Assembly: GCA_041937175.2 (NCBI GenBank) | Contig: CP166615.1 | Coordinates: 1,408,001-1,472,000, forward strand | DNA from: Limnothrix sp. BL-A-16 | GTDB lineage: Bacteria > Cyanobacteriota > Cyanobacteriia > CACIAM-69d | Direction: 5' to 3' | DNA: 64,000 nt | In this document: in pieces, positions 50,539 through 61,738 of the stretch | How the letters are laid out: the number at the start of each line of letters is the position of its first letter | How positions within the stretch are numbered: position 1 is the stretch's first letter | Notes under the pieces: generated by a model | What the model saw: the letters and a program-made list of their open reading frames with translations, nothing else | Database searches by the model: none | Told to the model about the DNA's origin: nothing | Translations under genes and position numbers: made by a program

Positions 50539-51735
50539 CTAGGAACTTTGGGTTAAGGGGCGGCCGCGCCAAGTCCATCCCCAACCGGTTTCGACTTTGA
50601 TGATTGAGGCGATCGCGATCGCGAAAACCAAAACGCCACCCACCCCCATCAGCCACCAGTAGCGTAGGGATTGGTCAGTTTGTTGGGCGATCGCCCAGCG
50701 CATCCCGCAAACGGCGATCGTGGTGGCAAGTGCCAGCCCAAAGGACACAAAGCCAAGGGGTGAGGGGCCGTCAATCAGTAACCCGATCGCTCCGATCAAC
50801 AGCCCCAGCCAGGGCATGGCAAACACGCCAAATAACCCCGCTGCTGAGATCAGGGTTTTGGGGATGTTGTTTTGGTTGGCAATGTGCCAATGCTTAGTCC
50901 AGCCTTCCCACAGGGCCGCAAAGTTCTGGTACATCCGCACGCGCATTAACCCCAGCCCCAGCGCGAAATGGAGCGATCGCCCACTTTGGCGAATCTGGCG
51001 GGCGAGGGCCAGGTCTTCGGTTAATTCATGGCCCACGGCGGCATGGCCACCAATGGCGGCATAGCTCGATCGCCGAAAGAACATGAAGGGCCCCGCCGCA
51101 AAGGCCGTGGGTGATCCGGGATCGTTCAAGGTGCGGAAGTCAAAGGCAATGGCCATGGCGCTGGCCACAATGGGCTGCACCAACCATTCTGAGAGGCAGC
51201 CACAAACCAACAGGGGAGCGCAACTGAGCAAGTCGATTTGTTGGCGATCGGCGAGGGTCAGGGCGGCCCCGATCGCCCCAGGAGCCAACCGCACATCGGC
51301 ATCAATAAACAGCAAATAATCTACGGTTTCCCCGATCGCCTCTGTCACTTGGACACAGGCCCAGTTTTTACCTAACCACAATTGCTCCGTGGGGCGCGGG
51401 GGCACTCGCAGCACCCGCAACCGAGCATCGGTGGGCATCAAGGCTGCGGCCAGGGCCAAGGTGCGATCGCTCGATTGGTCATCAGCGACCCACACTTGTA
51501 ATTCCACAGCGTCCGGTAGCTCACTGGCCAAGACCGATCGCACGCAATCCACGATATTTACTTCTTCGTTGTAGGCGGGGATCACCACTGCAATCGATCG
51601 AGCCGGAACCTCCGCGAGATCCACCGGCTCCAGCCGCGATGCACCGGCCAAGGACTGGCACGATCGCACCCAAAAGATCCCGATTCCTAACCCAGACAGG
51701 GCCAAGAGTCCATCCAGAATCAGCCAACCCACCAT
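50539..51735 (-). CDS. Membrane GT2 glycosyltransferase (carotenoid glycosyltransferase-like)
   Basis: IPAYNEE, DDQSSD, W.GK.WAC, FIDADV, EDL, RMY......W.GWTK, terminal W.WRGR. Confidence 0.85.
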   Translation of the reverse strand: MVGWLILDGLLALSGLGIGIFWVRSCQSLAGASRLEPVDLAEVPARSIAVVIPAYNEEVNIVDCVRSVLASELPDAVELQVWVADDQSSDRTLALAAALMPTDARLRVLRVPPRPTEQLWLGKNWACVQVTEAIGETVDYLLFIDADVRLAPGAIGAALTLADRQQIDLLSCAPLLVCGCLSEWLVQPIVASAMAIAFDFRTLNDPGSPTAFAAGPFMFFRRSSYAAIGGHAAVGHELTEDLALARQIRQSGRSLHFALGLGLMRVRMYQNFAALWEGWTKHWHIANQNNIPKTLISAAGLFGVFAMPWLGLLIGAIGLLIDGPSPLGFVSFGLALATTIAVCGMRWAIAQQTDQSLRYWWLMGVGGVLVFAIAIASIIKVETGWGWTWRGRPLTQSS

Positions 51736-51989
51736 AGTCTCATCACCAGTCTTGTCACCGCTGCTGTGCCTGATCGCGCAGGTATCGATACCCTATGCAC
51801 CAATCCCTATGCACCAATCCAATGGATTCGTACCCAACCAATGCACTCATCCTAAATGACAAGCGATCGGGCAGGTTATCCCTACCCGATCGCTCCTGGA
51901 ATGACTCTGAAACAACCCTAAAACGAAGTGAATTTCAGCGGCTGAGCTTCACCTGAGTTTTAGGACCAGGTTTCGCACCCGAGTTTGGG

Positions 51990-53888
51990 TTACTTCGTTT
52001 CCGAGAATTCCGCATCGATCACATCATCACCATCGCTACTGGTCGAACCATCCCCAGCGGGTGCATCCGGAGCGGCCGCATCCGGGGCCCCTTGTTGATA
52101 CACCGACGACCCGATCGTATAGAGCGCCTGTTGCAGGGCCTCCACCTGGGTCTTGATGGCCGGGTAATCTTCCTTCTGCAACGCATCCTTCAGGCTGGCG
52201 ATTGCGGCCTCGGCCGTGGCCTTTTGGTCGTCAGAGATCTTGTCTTCCAGTTCCTTCAGTTGCTTCTCAGCCTGGTAAACCAGCGAGTCGCCTTGGTTCT
52301 TCAGGTCGATTTGTTCGCGGCGTTCCTTGTCGGCGGTGGCGTTGCGTTCCGCATCCTGCACCATTCGCTCCACATCGTCCTTCGGCAAGGTCGATGCACC
52401 GGTAATGCTGATCGACTGTTCCTTGCCCGTGCCCTTGTCCTTGGCGGTCACGTTCAGGATGCCGTTCGCGTCGATGTCGAAGGTGACTTCGATTTGCGGC
52501 ACGCCCCGGGGTGCAGCCGGAATCCCATCCAAGCGGAAGGTTCCCAAGCTCTTGTTATCGTTGGCGAACTCGCGCTCCCCTTGCAGAATGTGAATTTCCA
52601 CATTGGTTTGGCCGTCGGCCGCCGTCGAGAACACCTCGGACTTCTTGGTGGGGATGGTGGTGTTGCGAGGGATGATCTTGGTCATCACGCCGCCCAGGGT
52701 TTCCACACCCAGCGACAGCGGAGTCACATCCAACAACAGGATGTCCTTCACTTCCCCAGCCAGCACGCCGCCTTGAATTGCAGCGCCCACGGCCACCACT
52801 TCATCGGGGTTGACGCTTTGGTTGGGTTCCTTGTCCAGAACGCGGCGCACCAGGTCTTTGATGGCCGGGATCCGGGTTGAACCGCCCACCAACACCACTT
52901 CGTCAATGTCAGTCTTGGTCAGCTTGGCATCGCGCAGGGAGTTCTCAACGGGGATCCGGCAGCGATCGATCAGATCAGCGCACAGCTCTTCAAACTTGGC
53001 CCGGGTCAGGGTCAAGTCCAAATGCTTGGGCCCGTCCTGAGTCGCCGTAATGAAGGGCAGGTTGATTTCGGCTTGGGTAACGCTCGACAGCTCAATCTTG
53101 GCCTTTTCGGCGGCTTCCGTCAGCCGTTGCAGGGCTTGCTTGTCCTTGCGCAGGTCAATGCCTTCGCTGGCTTGGAACGTGTCGGCCAGGAAATCCACAA
53201 TCTGCTTGTCGAAGTCATCGCCGCCCAGGTGGGTATCCCCCGAGGTGGCCAGCACTTCAAACACGCCGTCGCCCACTTCCAGCACCGATACGTCAAACGT
53301 ACCGCCGCCCAAGTCGAAGACCAAAATCGTTTCGTTTTCTTTTTTATCAAGACCGTAAGCCAGCGATGCGGCGGTCGGTTCGTTGATAATCCGCAGCACC
53401 TCTACGCCTGCGATTTTGCCTGCGTCTTTGGTGGCTTGGCGTTGGGAGTCGTTAAAGTATGCGGGAACCGTAATGACCGCTTGGGTAACGGGTTCACCGA
53501 TATATTTGCTGGCATCTTCGATCAGCTTCCGCAGCACTTGGGCGGAAATTTGTTCCGGAGCGTATTTTTCACCCTTAGCTGTGCAGTCAATGCGAACGTT
53601 ACCACTGACGTTAGCGACCGTGTAGGCTACCTCGGTGGCTTCGTGGGTGATTTCTTCAAAGCGACGACCAATGAAGCGCTTGACCGAGTAAAAGGTGTTC
53701 TCGGGGTTCATCACCGCTTGGCGCTTGGCAATTTGACCAACGAGTTTGTCGCCGTTTTTTGCGTAGGCCACGACTGAAGGGGTTGTTCTGAAACCTTCGG
53801 CGTTGGCGATGACGGTGGGTTTGCCGCCTTCCATTACGGCAACGCAAGAGTTGGTGGTTCCGAGGTCAATTCCGACGACTTTGGCCAT
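51990..53888 (-). CDS. dnaK: Chaperone Hsp70
   Basis: [26 protein letters not shown]-terminal DVIDAEF. Confidence 0.99.
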   Translation of the reverse strand: MAKVVGIDLGTTNSCVAVMEGGKPTVIANAEGFRTTPSVVAYAKNGDKLVGQIAKRQAVMNPENTFYSVKRFIGRRFEEITHEATEVAYTVANVSGNVRIDCTAKGEKYAPEQISAQVLRKLIEDASKYIGEPVTQAVITVPAYFNDSQRQATKDAGKIAGVEVLRIINEPTAASLAYGLDKKENETILVFDLGGGTFDVSVLEVGDGVFEVLATSGDTHLGGDDFDKQIVDFLADTFQASEGIDLRKDKQALQRLTEAAEKAKIELSSVTQAEINLPFITATQDGPKHLDLTLTRAKFEELCADLIDRCRIPVENSLRDAKLTKTDIDEVVLVGGSTRIPAIKDLVRRVLDKEPNQSVNPDEVVAVGAAIQGGVLAGEVKDILLLDVTPLSLGVETLGGVMTKIIPRNTTIPTKKSEVFSTAADGQTNVEIHILQGEREFANDNKSLGTFRLDGIPAAPRGVPQIEVTFDIDANGILNVTAKDKGTGKEQSISITGASTLPKDDVERMVQDAERNATADKERREQIDLKNQGDSLVYQAEKQLKELEDKISDDQKATAEAAIASLKDALQKEDYPAIKTQVEALQQALYTIGSSVYQQGAPDAAAPDAPAGDGSTSSDGDDVIDAEFSETK

Positions 53889-54243
53889 AGGGGTATTGCT
53901 GCTTCTGAGGCGATTGGGAAAATTTGGCTGTATTTCTTGCTTTCTATAGTGGTTCGTGGGGGCGAGATGATGAAGGGGTATTTACCGAACCGGCTTGATG
54001 GCGGTTTTAGGCGTTGGGGGCATGGTTGAGGCAAGTTTGGGCCCTGGCGATCGCCCTTTGGGAAACCACCGGGGATACCTACGAGAGCTGGCGATGTGGT
54101 TGTGATTCACAGCAAATTTGGGGTGAATTTGGGGTGAATTGGGATCAATTGGGGGGTCAATGGGATCAATCTGAATCACTCGTAAATTGATCAAATTAAT
54201 CACCCCAAGCGCGATCGATTGCCTGGGGTGATCATTAGGAATG

Positions 54244-55038
54244 CTATGCCTCGGATCCTGTGGAAGCGGATCGAAACAGCTTCCCAATTCCTTGGATTAA
54301 GCTGCTGCGGGGCATGAATCGGCCGGCGTTCACCAAAATTTGATTGGCCAAGCCGCCCGTAACGCAATTGGGCTTCCCTTGGGCGATCGCCTGGAGTGCC
54401 TCTTGAACAACGGCTTCGGGAGTGGCGATATCGTTGGGCATCTTCAGGCTGCTGGGGAATTCGGCCACGGCGGCAAAGTTGGTTGCGGTGGGGCCCGGAC
54501 AAAGGGCCATTACCTGCACGCCGCGGCCTTGGCACTCGACCCACAGACCTTCGCTGAAGCTGAGGACAAAGGCCTTGGTGGCGGCATAGAGCGAGAGGTA
54601 GGGAATGGGCTGAAAGGCGGCAGTGGAGGCAACGTTGATGATTTGTCCTTGGCCCCGATCGAGCATGGGTTGCAAGAAGTGGTGTGTTAGCTCCATGAGG
54701 GCCACCACGTTCAGGTTTAACATCGCCCGCTGCTTGGCCAAGTTGCGAGTGGCGAATTCCCCAAAATCTCCGAAACCGGCATTGTTAATTAACCAATCGA
54801 TCGGCTGACCGAGGGCTTGTATTTGGGTGGTCAACTGGTCGGCTGCGCCCGGCTCACTGAGGTCGATCGACAGGGCGATCGCCTGGATGCCAAATTGGGT
54901 GGTTAAGGCCTGGGCTAACTGTTGAAGGGTTTCGGTCGATCGAGCCGTCAAAATCACATTCACGCCACGGGCCGCGAGGGCTTGGGCAAAGGCTGTGCCA
55001 ATGCCGCTAGAAGCGCCGGTAATTAGGGCTGTTGCCAT
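54244..55038 (-). CDS. Short-chain dehydrogenase/reductase
   Basis: TGASSGIG, NNAGFG, YAATK. Confidence 0.93.
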   Translation of the reverse strand: MATALITGASSGIGTAFAQALAARGVNVILTARSTETLQQLAQALTTQFGIQAIALSIDLSEPGAADQLTTQIQALGQPIDWLINNAGFGDFGEFATRNLAKQRAMLNLNVVALMELTHHFLQPMLDRGQGQIINVASTAAFQPIPYLSLYAATKAFVLSFSEGLWVECQGRGVQVMALCPGPTATNFAAVAEFPSSLKMPNDIATPEAVVQEALQAIAQGKPNCVTGGLANQILVNAGRFMPRSSLIQGIGKLFRSASTGSEA

Positions 55039-55371
55039 GGGAAAGCCTCTCTTTGGGCGATCATGAAGGTTCAATCGTGAAAGAAATCTTAGGATCGATA
55101 CTGTGCCAATTGCGTCAATGGCACTGCTGGACAGGTTCCCCGGTAAATGCCGGTTTGGAAACCGTGCCATTCTGGACAACAGACCCCTATGAAGCAGCCG
55201 ATAGTAATCGGGCATGGGTGGTGGGGCTAATCAGTGGTCAGCTGTGGCCTGAGATGTGGCCTGAATGAATACCTGAACGAGTGCCTGAACATTAGTACCT
55301 AACCCTATTTTGGGTTGAATTTTGGGTTGAAGCAGGTATCAACCCGATTGAGAAAGGAGAAGGAGTGGATC

Positions 55372-56346
55372 ATGGCTCGATCGATCAAACAACCTCAAGC
55401 AGTTCAGCAAGCTCCCCTGTTGGGTCAACGTGCCATTCGCTGGATTGGCCGAGTTGGCAGCGTAGCCCTGGGAAGTGGCTTGGCGATCGCCTTGGCTGCC
55501 GGTCAGGCCCTGGCGCTGGATAAGTTAGTGCTGCGGTTACCGGGCCTGGGTGATGTGGATATCACCATGGCGGAGCTAAAAACGTTTGCGGAAACGGGGC
55601 AAGCCAGCGGCGACTTTGGGCAACTGCTGAGCGATCCCAACGTGGCCAAGCAGGTGAGCCGAGCCGATTTGCAACGGATTTTGAAAAGCCCCTTCCAGGT
55701 GGGCAGCGCGGCGGCTCGCACGGCTCCGTCTGTGTTGAAAAGCTGTCCCGGTGAGTTGGTGATCGGCTCCATTAGCCAGGTGCTTTATGCCGACAATGCC
55801 CAGGGCAATGCTCAGCCCCTGACCGCCGCGATCGAGAAGGTGCTGTCCCGCGCTTCGGCGGCACCCGTCACGGCCTTGGATGTGTTGATGCAGCTTGAAC
55901 CGAAAACCATGACGGTGGATGCGGGTGAAGCCCTCAAAATCTATACCCGCGTTAAAACCAAGGTGCAGCCGATTATCAGCAAGGTGGGCGGCCTGACCGT
56001 GCGGGAACTGACCAGCATGGATTCGGCCAAGCTGAACCAATTGCTCTCAGAAGCTGGGGTGACCAGCAGCGACATCAGCAAGATTCAAGGGGCAATTCAG
56101 GCCTTTGGCACGATCGACCCGGGTTCCGACCTGGATAAACTGTTGCGCCAAGTGAATCTTGGTTCCCTGCTGCAAAAGGCGGCGGCTGGCGACTTTTCGG
56201 CGTTGCTGTCGGAATTGGGATCGATCAACGTGAGCCAAATCGATCTGAAACCTTATGAAGGACGCGTTAGTGGGTTCATGGCAGCCATGATGGAAGTCCT
56301 CGGGTTGCCGGTGAATCGGGGTGCAGCCTGTCGGGCGGTGATGTAA
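55372..56346 (+). CDS. Secreted DUF1400-like protein with C-terminal extension
   Basis: AGGAG RBS, signal peptide ending ALA, I...EL..FAETG motif. Confidence 0.65.
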   Translation: MARSIKQPQAVQQAPLLGQRAIRWIGRVGSVALGSGLAIALAAGQALALDKLVLRLPGLGDVDITMAELKTFAETGQASGDFGQLLSDPNVAKQVSRADLQRILKSPFQVGSAAARTAPSVLKSCPGELVIGSISQVLYADNAQGNAQPLTAAIEKVLSRASAAPVTALDVLMQLEPKTMTVDAGEALKIYTRVKTKVQPIISKVGGLTVRELTSMDSAKLNQLLSEAGVTSSDISKIQGAIQAFGTIDPGSDLDKLLRQVNLGSLLQKAAAGDFSALLSELGSINVSQIDLKPYEGRVSGFMAAMMEVLGLPVNRGAACRAVM

Positions 56347-56603
56347 GACCCCTGCGGTTCTTGACGATTTCCCCTGACCCGGGCCGCCACACCAAGGCAG
56401 CAACCAGTCTGATTGAAGCTGATCGCAAACTGACTTGCAAACGAACACCATCGCAAGCTTGATTGCCATCAACCATCAATACAGACTGGTTGCGACTCCC
56501 TGAAGTCTCTGATGCTGAAGCGTTGGTCGAAACGGTGCAAAAGCATTGTTAATCGGCCACGAGTCCCCATCCCACGAGTCCCCATCCAAGGACGGTACTG
56601 CTG

Positions 56604-57251
56604 ATGGTTATGTCTGTAGGTTCTCTCTTGTCGGATTCCGGGCCGGGGTGTGCGATCGCCCCTGCTAGCCCGCTGGGTGCTGCCCCGGCAAAATCCCTTG
56701 CTTGCCTGTTGCGTCGCGGGCGTTTCGCCCTGCTGGGGGCTGGAGCGGCGTTGTTGTCGCTGGCTCCCATGGCCCAGGCGGCGGATCAGGTTCAAATTCG
56801 CTATGGCCCGATCGGGGTCAGTGCCACCCTAAAGGATCTGCAAGCCTTTGCGGCTGATAAACCGGTTTCCGATAGCTTTAATAGCTTGCTGGGGCAAATC
56901 GAGTCCTATGGTAAGGTGCCGCGCGATCGCCTGCGGGGCTATCTGAATACCTCGATCGACCTGAAAGTTTTGGGCATTGATCCCGCCGACGCGGTGAAAT
57001 TGTCCTATGGTTTCGTCGGTGAGCGGTTGCTGAAGCGAGTGAGCGAAGTCATTTATCCCCCCTACGATCGGGGTAACTTCTACGCCCTGCGGGGGGCCCT
57101 GGTCACGGCGATCATGGACGACGGCAAAATTTCAGTTTTGGAAGTGCTAGAGGATTACGGCCCCAGCGTCGTGCGCCTGGATGCGGCCGGAGCCATGGGC
57201 ATGGCCAACGAAATTCGCGACGCGATCGGGCAATTCTTACCCGGCAAGTAA
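56604..57251 (+). CDS. DUF1400 (alpha/beta hydrolase N-terminal) protein
   Basis: AQAADQV..RYGP, L..FA, GERLL, ALRGALV, SVLEVL..Y. Confidence 0.8.
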   Translation: MVMSVGSLLSDSGPGCAIAPASPLGAAPAKSLACLLRRGRFALLGAGAALLSLAPMAQAADQVQIRYGPIGVSATLKDLQAFAADKPVSDSFNSLLGQIESYGKVPRDRLRGYLNTSIDLKVLGIDPADAVKLSYGFVGERLLKRVSEVIYPPYDRGNFYALRGALVTAIMDDGKISVLEVLEDYGPSVVRLDAAGAMGMANEIRDAIGQFLPGK

Positions 57252-57521
57252 GATCCAGTGAGCAAGATCCAGTGAGCGGGCGGACGGTGGCCGAAGTCTC
57301 GGTCAGGATTCTTTAAGAATCCGCATCTTCCGCAATTTCCAAATCGTCGCCCCTTGCCAAACTGGGCTGCTCAACAGCTAGTCTAAACAACGCAATCAAC
57401 GCAATCATTGGGATGCTCAGGGCACTGGTTTTGGATGGCAACATGGCCCCAACACCAGTCCCGACAGCAAAAATCCCCAGCGATTGCGTTGTTTTCGCGC
57501 GTTTTTTTAGATTGCTCAACC

Positions 57522-58250
57522 ATGCGCTTTGACCTTGTCACCCTGTTTCCAGACTTTTTTGAATCCCCCCTGCGATCGGGCTTGGTGGGCAAAGCGCTGC
57601 AAAAAAAAATTGCCGAAGTCTTTGTCACCAATCCCCGCGACTTCGCCACGGACAAACATCGCAAGGTGGACGATGAACCCTACGGTGGCGGCGTGGGCAT
57701 GGTGATGAAGCCGGAGCCGATCGCGGCGGCCCTCGACTCTTTGCCGCAACTGCCCCGTCGGGAAGTGATTTACTTCACGCCCCAAGGGCAACCCATGACC
57801 CAATCTCTGTTTAAGGCCCTATCTGCCAATTGCGATCAACTGGTGTTGCTCTGTGGGCACTACGAAGGGGTGGATGAGCGGGTGATGAGCCTGGTTGATC
57901 GGGAAGTGTCCTTGGGGGATTTTGTGCTGACCTGCGGCGAAATTCCGGCCCTCACCCTCCTCAATGGGGTGTTGCGTCTTCAGCCGGGCACGGTGGGCAA
58001 GGAAGAATCCCTGAAGGCCGAAAGCTTTGAGGAACCGCTGCTGGATTATCCGCACTATACCCGGCCGCCGGAGTTTCGGGGGCTAACCGTACCAGCGGTT
58101 TTGATGTCTGGAAATCACGGGGCGATCGAGCAATGGCGACGCGAAGAACAAATTCTGCGCACCCGCGAGCGTCGTCCAGATTTGGATCGCCCCCCGCCCC
58201 CTTGCCCCCCCATCCCCCTTGCATGGGGCCCGATCAATGGACTCAGGTGA
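57522..58250 (+). CDS. trmD: tRNA (guanine37-N1)-methyltransferase
   Basis: MRFDLVTLFP, VDDEPYGGGVGMV, CGHYEGVDER, SLGDFVLTCGE, YPHYTRP, SGNH. Confidence 0.97.
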   Translation: MRFDLVTLFPDFFESPLRSGLVGKALQKKIAEVFVTNPRDFATDKHRKVDDEPYGGGVGMVMKPEPIAAALDSLPQLPRREVIYFTPQGQPMTQSLFKALSANCDQLVLLCGHYEGVDERVMSLVDREVSLGDFVLTCGEIPALTLLNGVLRLQPGTVGKEESLKAESFEEPLLDYPHYTRPPEFRGLTVPAVLMSGNHGAIEQWRREEQILRTRERRPDLDRPPPPCPPIPLAWGPINGLR

Positions 58251-58687
58251 AGTGGGTGATTCAGCGCCTAGAGGCTGATCAAATTCGCTATCAAGTGACG
58301 GGCGGCCTGGCGGGAAATCTCTATGGCTCCGCTTGGCCCCTGCATGATTTGGATGTTGATGTGGCCATGGCCGACTTCGATCGTGCCTATGCCTGTTTTC
58401 AGGATTGGGCGATCGCCCCGCCCGATCGATACATTGATTCGGAATTTGACCTTTTGCTACTGCGCCTCAATGTGAATGGGCTGTTGGTTGATCTTTGTGC
58501 CGATGAAGCCGCCTACGCCATTCGAGGGCAAAAACGGTTGTCCCTGAATACCGATCTCAAAACCGCCCACCGCACCCGCTACTTTGGTCAACCCCTATGG
58601 GTGCAGTCACTTCATCATCTGATTGCCTATAAGGAGCGGCTGGGGCGATCGGCCGATCTGGCTGAGCTGCGGCAACTGCTGCGTTAG
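58223..58687 (+). CDS. Nucleotidyltransferase-fold hypothetical protein
   Basis: YQVTGGLA..YGS...HDLDVDV pol-beta-like motif. Confidence 0.7.
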   Translation: MGPDQWTQVKWVIQRLEADQIRYQVTGGLAGNLYGSAWPLHDLDVDVAMADFDRAYACFQDWAIAPPDRYIDSEFDLLLLRLNVNGLLVDLCADEAAYAIRGQKRLSLNTDLKTAHRTRYFGQPLWVQSLHHLIAYKERLGRSADLAELRQLLR

Positions 58688-58692
58688 GGACA

Positions 58693-59115
58693 TTAATCAT
58701 CCGGCTCTTGCAAATGCTCCAAGACCTGTTGATAGAGCACCAGGATGTGGCTGTCCTTGAGTCGGTAATAAACATGGCGGCCCTGTTTGCGGTAAGCCAC
58801 CAAGCGCTGGCTACGCAAAGCCCGCAACTGATGAGACACGGCCGATTCACTCATGCCAACGGCTTCGGCCAAATCGCAAACACAGAGTTCTTGATGAACC
58901 AGGGCCGACAAAATCCGCAGGCGGTTTGGATCACCCAACAGGGCAAACACTTCCGCCATCCGCTGGGCCATGTTGGTTGAAAGCACCCGATCGCTCAAGG
59001 CATTCTCCACCAAGGGAGCAGATGCTGTTGTTTCGTCGGGCGATCGCTTGTCGATCACCAAACGGTTTGAGGGACTTATAGTGGATAGCTCTATGCAGGA
59101 ATGATCGGCAGCCAT
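58693..59115 (-). CDS. ArsR/SmtB-family metalloregulator (SmtB/ZiaR-like)
   Basis: [29 protein letters not shown], alpha5 D.H...EH. Confidence 0.92.
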   Translation of the reverse strand: MAADHSCIELSTISPSNRLVIDKRSPDETTASAPLVENALSDRVLSTNMAQRMAEVFALLGDPNRLRILSALVHQELCVCDLAEAVGMSESAVSHQLRALRSQRLVAYRKQGRHVYYRLKDSHILVLYQQVLEHLQEPDD

Positions 59116-59613
59116 ACCCAGAATCCTTGTCAGTACTACGTTGCATTAACTGCTCGATGCCAAGCCAAGACCCCGTGCGGGAGTCATGGTGCTCTCAATT
59201 CTCTAGTACTACTCACTGGCGATCAAAACCAATCAAAACCAGGGTACTGCGTTTCGTTTTCTCGGAAACCGAGAACAAAAAATGATTGGCTTTTGTGAGG
59301 TGATATGAGAAGGACATCACTGAGCGAGGCTTCGAGAAGCGATCCCTATGGTTTCAAGATCCTTCCCACACCATATCGTGCCGCTTCCGGAGATGGACAA
59401 GCCCAGAAAGCCGGGATCGCACCAGCCCAGCTCAACTCCGTGGAAAATGAGAAGAGACTGGCCCCGAAGCACAAAGCGCTGGAGTCCTAGGAATTTAGGA
59501 ATTAGAGTCAGTTGACGATGGTTGATTGCAAATCTTGCGATCCCACCTTGTGGTGCTGTTAGCGCTTTCTGATAACATCTTATAAAAAGTTAACGATTAG
59601 TAACGAGTCCCTC

Positions 59614-60597
59614 ATGAGCATTCTTGTCGTTGGCGGAACCGGCACCCTCGGCAGGCAAATCGTGCGTCGCGCCCTGGATGAGGGACATACGGTGCGGTGC
59701 CTGGTTCGCAGTTACAGCCGGGCCTCATTCCTGCGGGAGTGGGGAGCAGAGCTGGTGGGCGGCGACATTTGCGATGCGGAGACGATCGCCCCGTCCTTTG
59801 CCGGTGGTGAAATTACCGCTGTGATTGACGCGGCCACGGCCCGGGCAACGGATTCCCTGGGGGTGCGCGATGTGGATTGGCGCGGCAAGGTCAATCTGAT
59901 TCAAGCGGCTAAGGAATCGGGAGTCGATCGCTACATTTTTCTCTCCATTTTGAATGCGAATCAGTTCCCCAAAGTGCCGTTGATGGAAGTCAAGCGCTGC
60001 ACGGAGGAATACCTGAAGCAATTGGAGATGAATTACACAATCCTGCGGCCCTGTGGCTTTTTGCAAGGATTAATTAGCCAGTACGCCATCCCGATTTTGG
60101 AAAATCAATCGGTGTGGGTGCCTGATCAGGGATCGCCCGTGGCCTACATGGACACCCAAGATATTGCGAAGTTTGCGGTGCGGGCCCTGACGGTCACGGA
60201 AACGGAGCGTCAGGCCTTCCCGGTGGTGGGGCCCAAGGCCTGGACTCCGGCGGAAATTATTGCCCTCTGCGAAAAACTGTCCGATCGCCAGGCAAAAGTC
60301 ACCAGTCCTCCCACGGGTCTGCTGAACTTGGTGCGCAGTGCGGCCCGCTGGTTTAAGTGGAGCTTGAATGTGGCCGATCGCCTGGCTTTTGCGGATGTGT
60401 TTTCTTCGGGTCAACCGCTGACGGCGGAGATGGCGGAAACCTATCGCGCGTTTGGCATTGATCCGGCGGAGATCAGCACCCTGGAAGCCTACCTGGAAGA
60501 ATATTTTGGGCGAATTCTGAAAAAACTGAAGCAAATTGACTACGAACAGTCGATCGCAGCGAAGGAAAGTAAGCGTAAAAAAACCTTGCGGTTTTAA
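59614..60597 (+). CDS. ycf39: Ycf39-like atypical SDR
   Basis: GGTGTLGRQIVRRALDEG, FLREWGAELV, QYAIPILE, DTQDIAKF. Confidence 0.88.
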   Translation: MSILVVGGTGTLGRQIVRRALDEGHTVRCLVRSYSRASFLREWGAELVGGDICDAETIAPSFAGGEITAVIDAATARATDSLGVRDVDWRGKVNLIQAAKESGVDRYIFLSILNANQFPKVPLMEVKRCTEEYLKQLEMNYTILRPCGFLQGLISQYAIPILENQSVWVPDQGSPVAYMDTQDIAKFAVRALTVTETERQAFPVVGPKAWTPAEIIALCEKLSDRQAKVTSPPTGLLNLVRSAARWFKWSLNVADRLAFADVFSSGQPLTAEMAETYRAFGIDPAEISTLEAYLEEYFGRILKKLKQIDYEQSIAAKESKRKKTLRF

Positions 60598-60724
60598 GGC
60601 GATCACAGTGGCATCCGGCTGGGGCACGATAGGATGAGTTTCGCCTGATTCGGTCACCAGGACGGAATCCTAGCCTGACTGACTCATCCACCGATTTGCT
60701 CCGCCCATCTCACTCCTTCGGTCG

Positions 60725-61663
60725 TTGCCCGTGTCTGACAGCGCCTGCCCAAACGTTGGAATTATCTATAACGATGCCAAACCCGTCGCGGAAAAGACGG
60801 CGGCGGATTTGGTCGAACAACTGTCGGCCCAGGGCTGTCGGGTCATTTCCACCACGGGATCCGGTGGAATTTTGGGTTGCTCGCGGCTGAACCATCCCGT
60901 TTGTTCTTCGCCGCTTGAACAGTTGGTGCCACCGGGGTTTGATCAATCGCTGGATTTCGCGATCGTGTTGGGTGGTGATGGGACGGTACTCTCGGCCTTT
61001 CGACAGCTAGCCCCGATCGGGGTGCCCTTGCTGACCGTCAACACCGGGCACATGGGGTTTCTGACGGAAATTTACCTGAGCCAACTTCCGGCTGCGATCG
61101 AACAGCTACGGGCGGGTAATTTTTCCGTGGAAAGTCGCTCCATGTTGGAGGTGCGGGTTTTTCGGGATGATGATCCCCTCTGGGAGGTGTTGTGCCTGAA
61201 TGAGATGGTGCTGCACCGGGAACCCATGACCAGCATGTGCCATTTTGAGGTGGCGATCGGGCATCACTCTCCTGTGGATATTGCGGCGGATGGCATTATT
61301 TTGTCCACGCCCACCGGCTCCACGGCCTATGCCCTGTCGTCGGGAGGGCCGGTGATTGCGCCGGAAGTGCCGGTGTTACAACTTGCGCCCATTTGTCCCC
61401 ACTCCTTAGCCTCTCGGGCGTTGGTGTTTTCCGAAACAGAGCCGGTCACAATTTTTTCGGCAACCCAAAACCCGATCGTGATGGTGGTGGATGGGAATGC
61501 GGGATGTTATGTGCAGCCGGACGATCGGGTGCGGGTGAATCGATCGGCCTATTCAGCCAAGTTCATTCGGTTACAACCGCCGGAATTTTTCCGAATTTTG
61601 CGTGAAAAGCTGGGCTGGGGGCTGCCCCACATTGCTAAACCCACATCGGTAGAACTGCCCTAG
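60725..61663 (+). CDS. nadK: NAD kinase
   Basis: [18 protein letters not shown]....[13 protein letters not shown]. Confidence 0.95.
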   Translation: MPVSDSACPNVGIIYNDAKPVAEKTAADLVEQLSAQGCRVISTTGSGGILGCSRLNHPVCSSPLEQLVPPGFDQSLDFAIVLGGDGTVLSAFRQLAPIGVPLLTVNTGHMGFLTEIYLSQLPAAIEQLRAGNFSVESRSMLEVRVFRDDDPLWEVLCLNEMVLHREPMTSMCHFEVAIGHHSPVDIAADGIILSTPTGSTAYALSSGGPVIAPEVPVLQLAPICPHSLASRALVFSETEPVTIFSATQNPIVMVVDGNAGCYVQPDDRVRVNRSAYSAKFIRLQPPEFFRILREKLGWGLPHIAKPTSVELP

Positions 61664-61738
61664 GGGGTGCTTCAGGATGGATCAATCACCGATCGAAGCA
61701 CCGGGTAAATTTTCATCTAATCAAAACCCAACTACCCT

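Noticed and set aside
59116..59613. Metallothionein smtA or petM next to the SmtB-like gene and ycf39
   Set aside because: No Cys-rich or PetM-like small ORF found by eye
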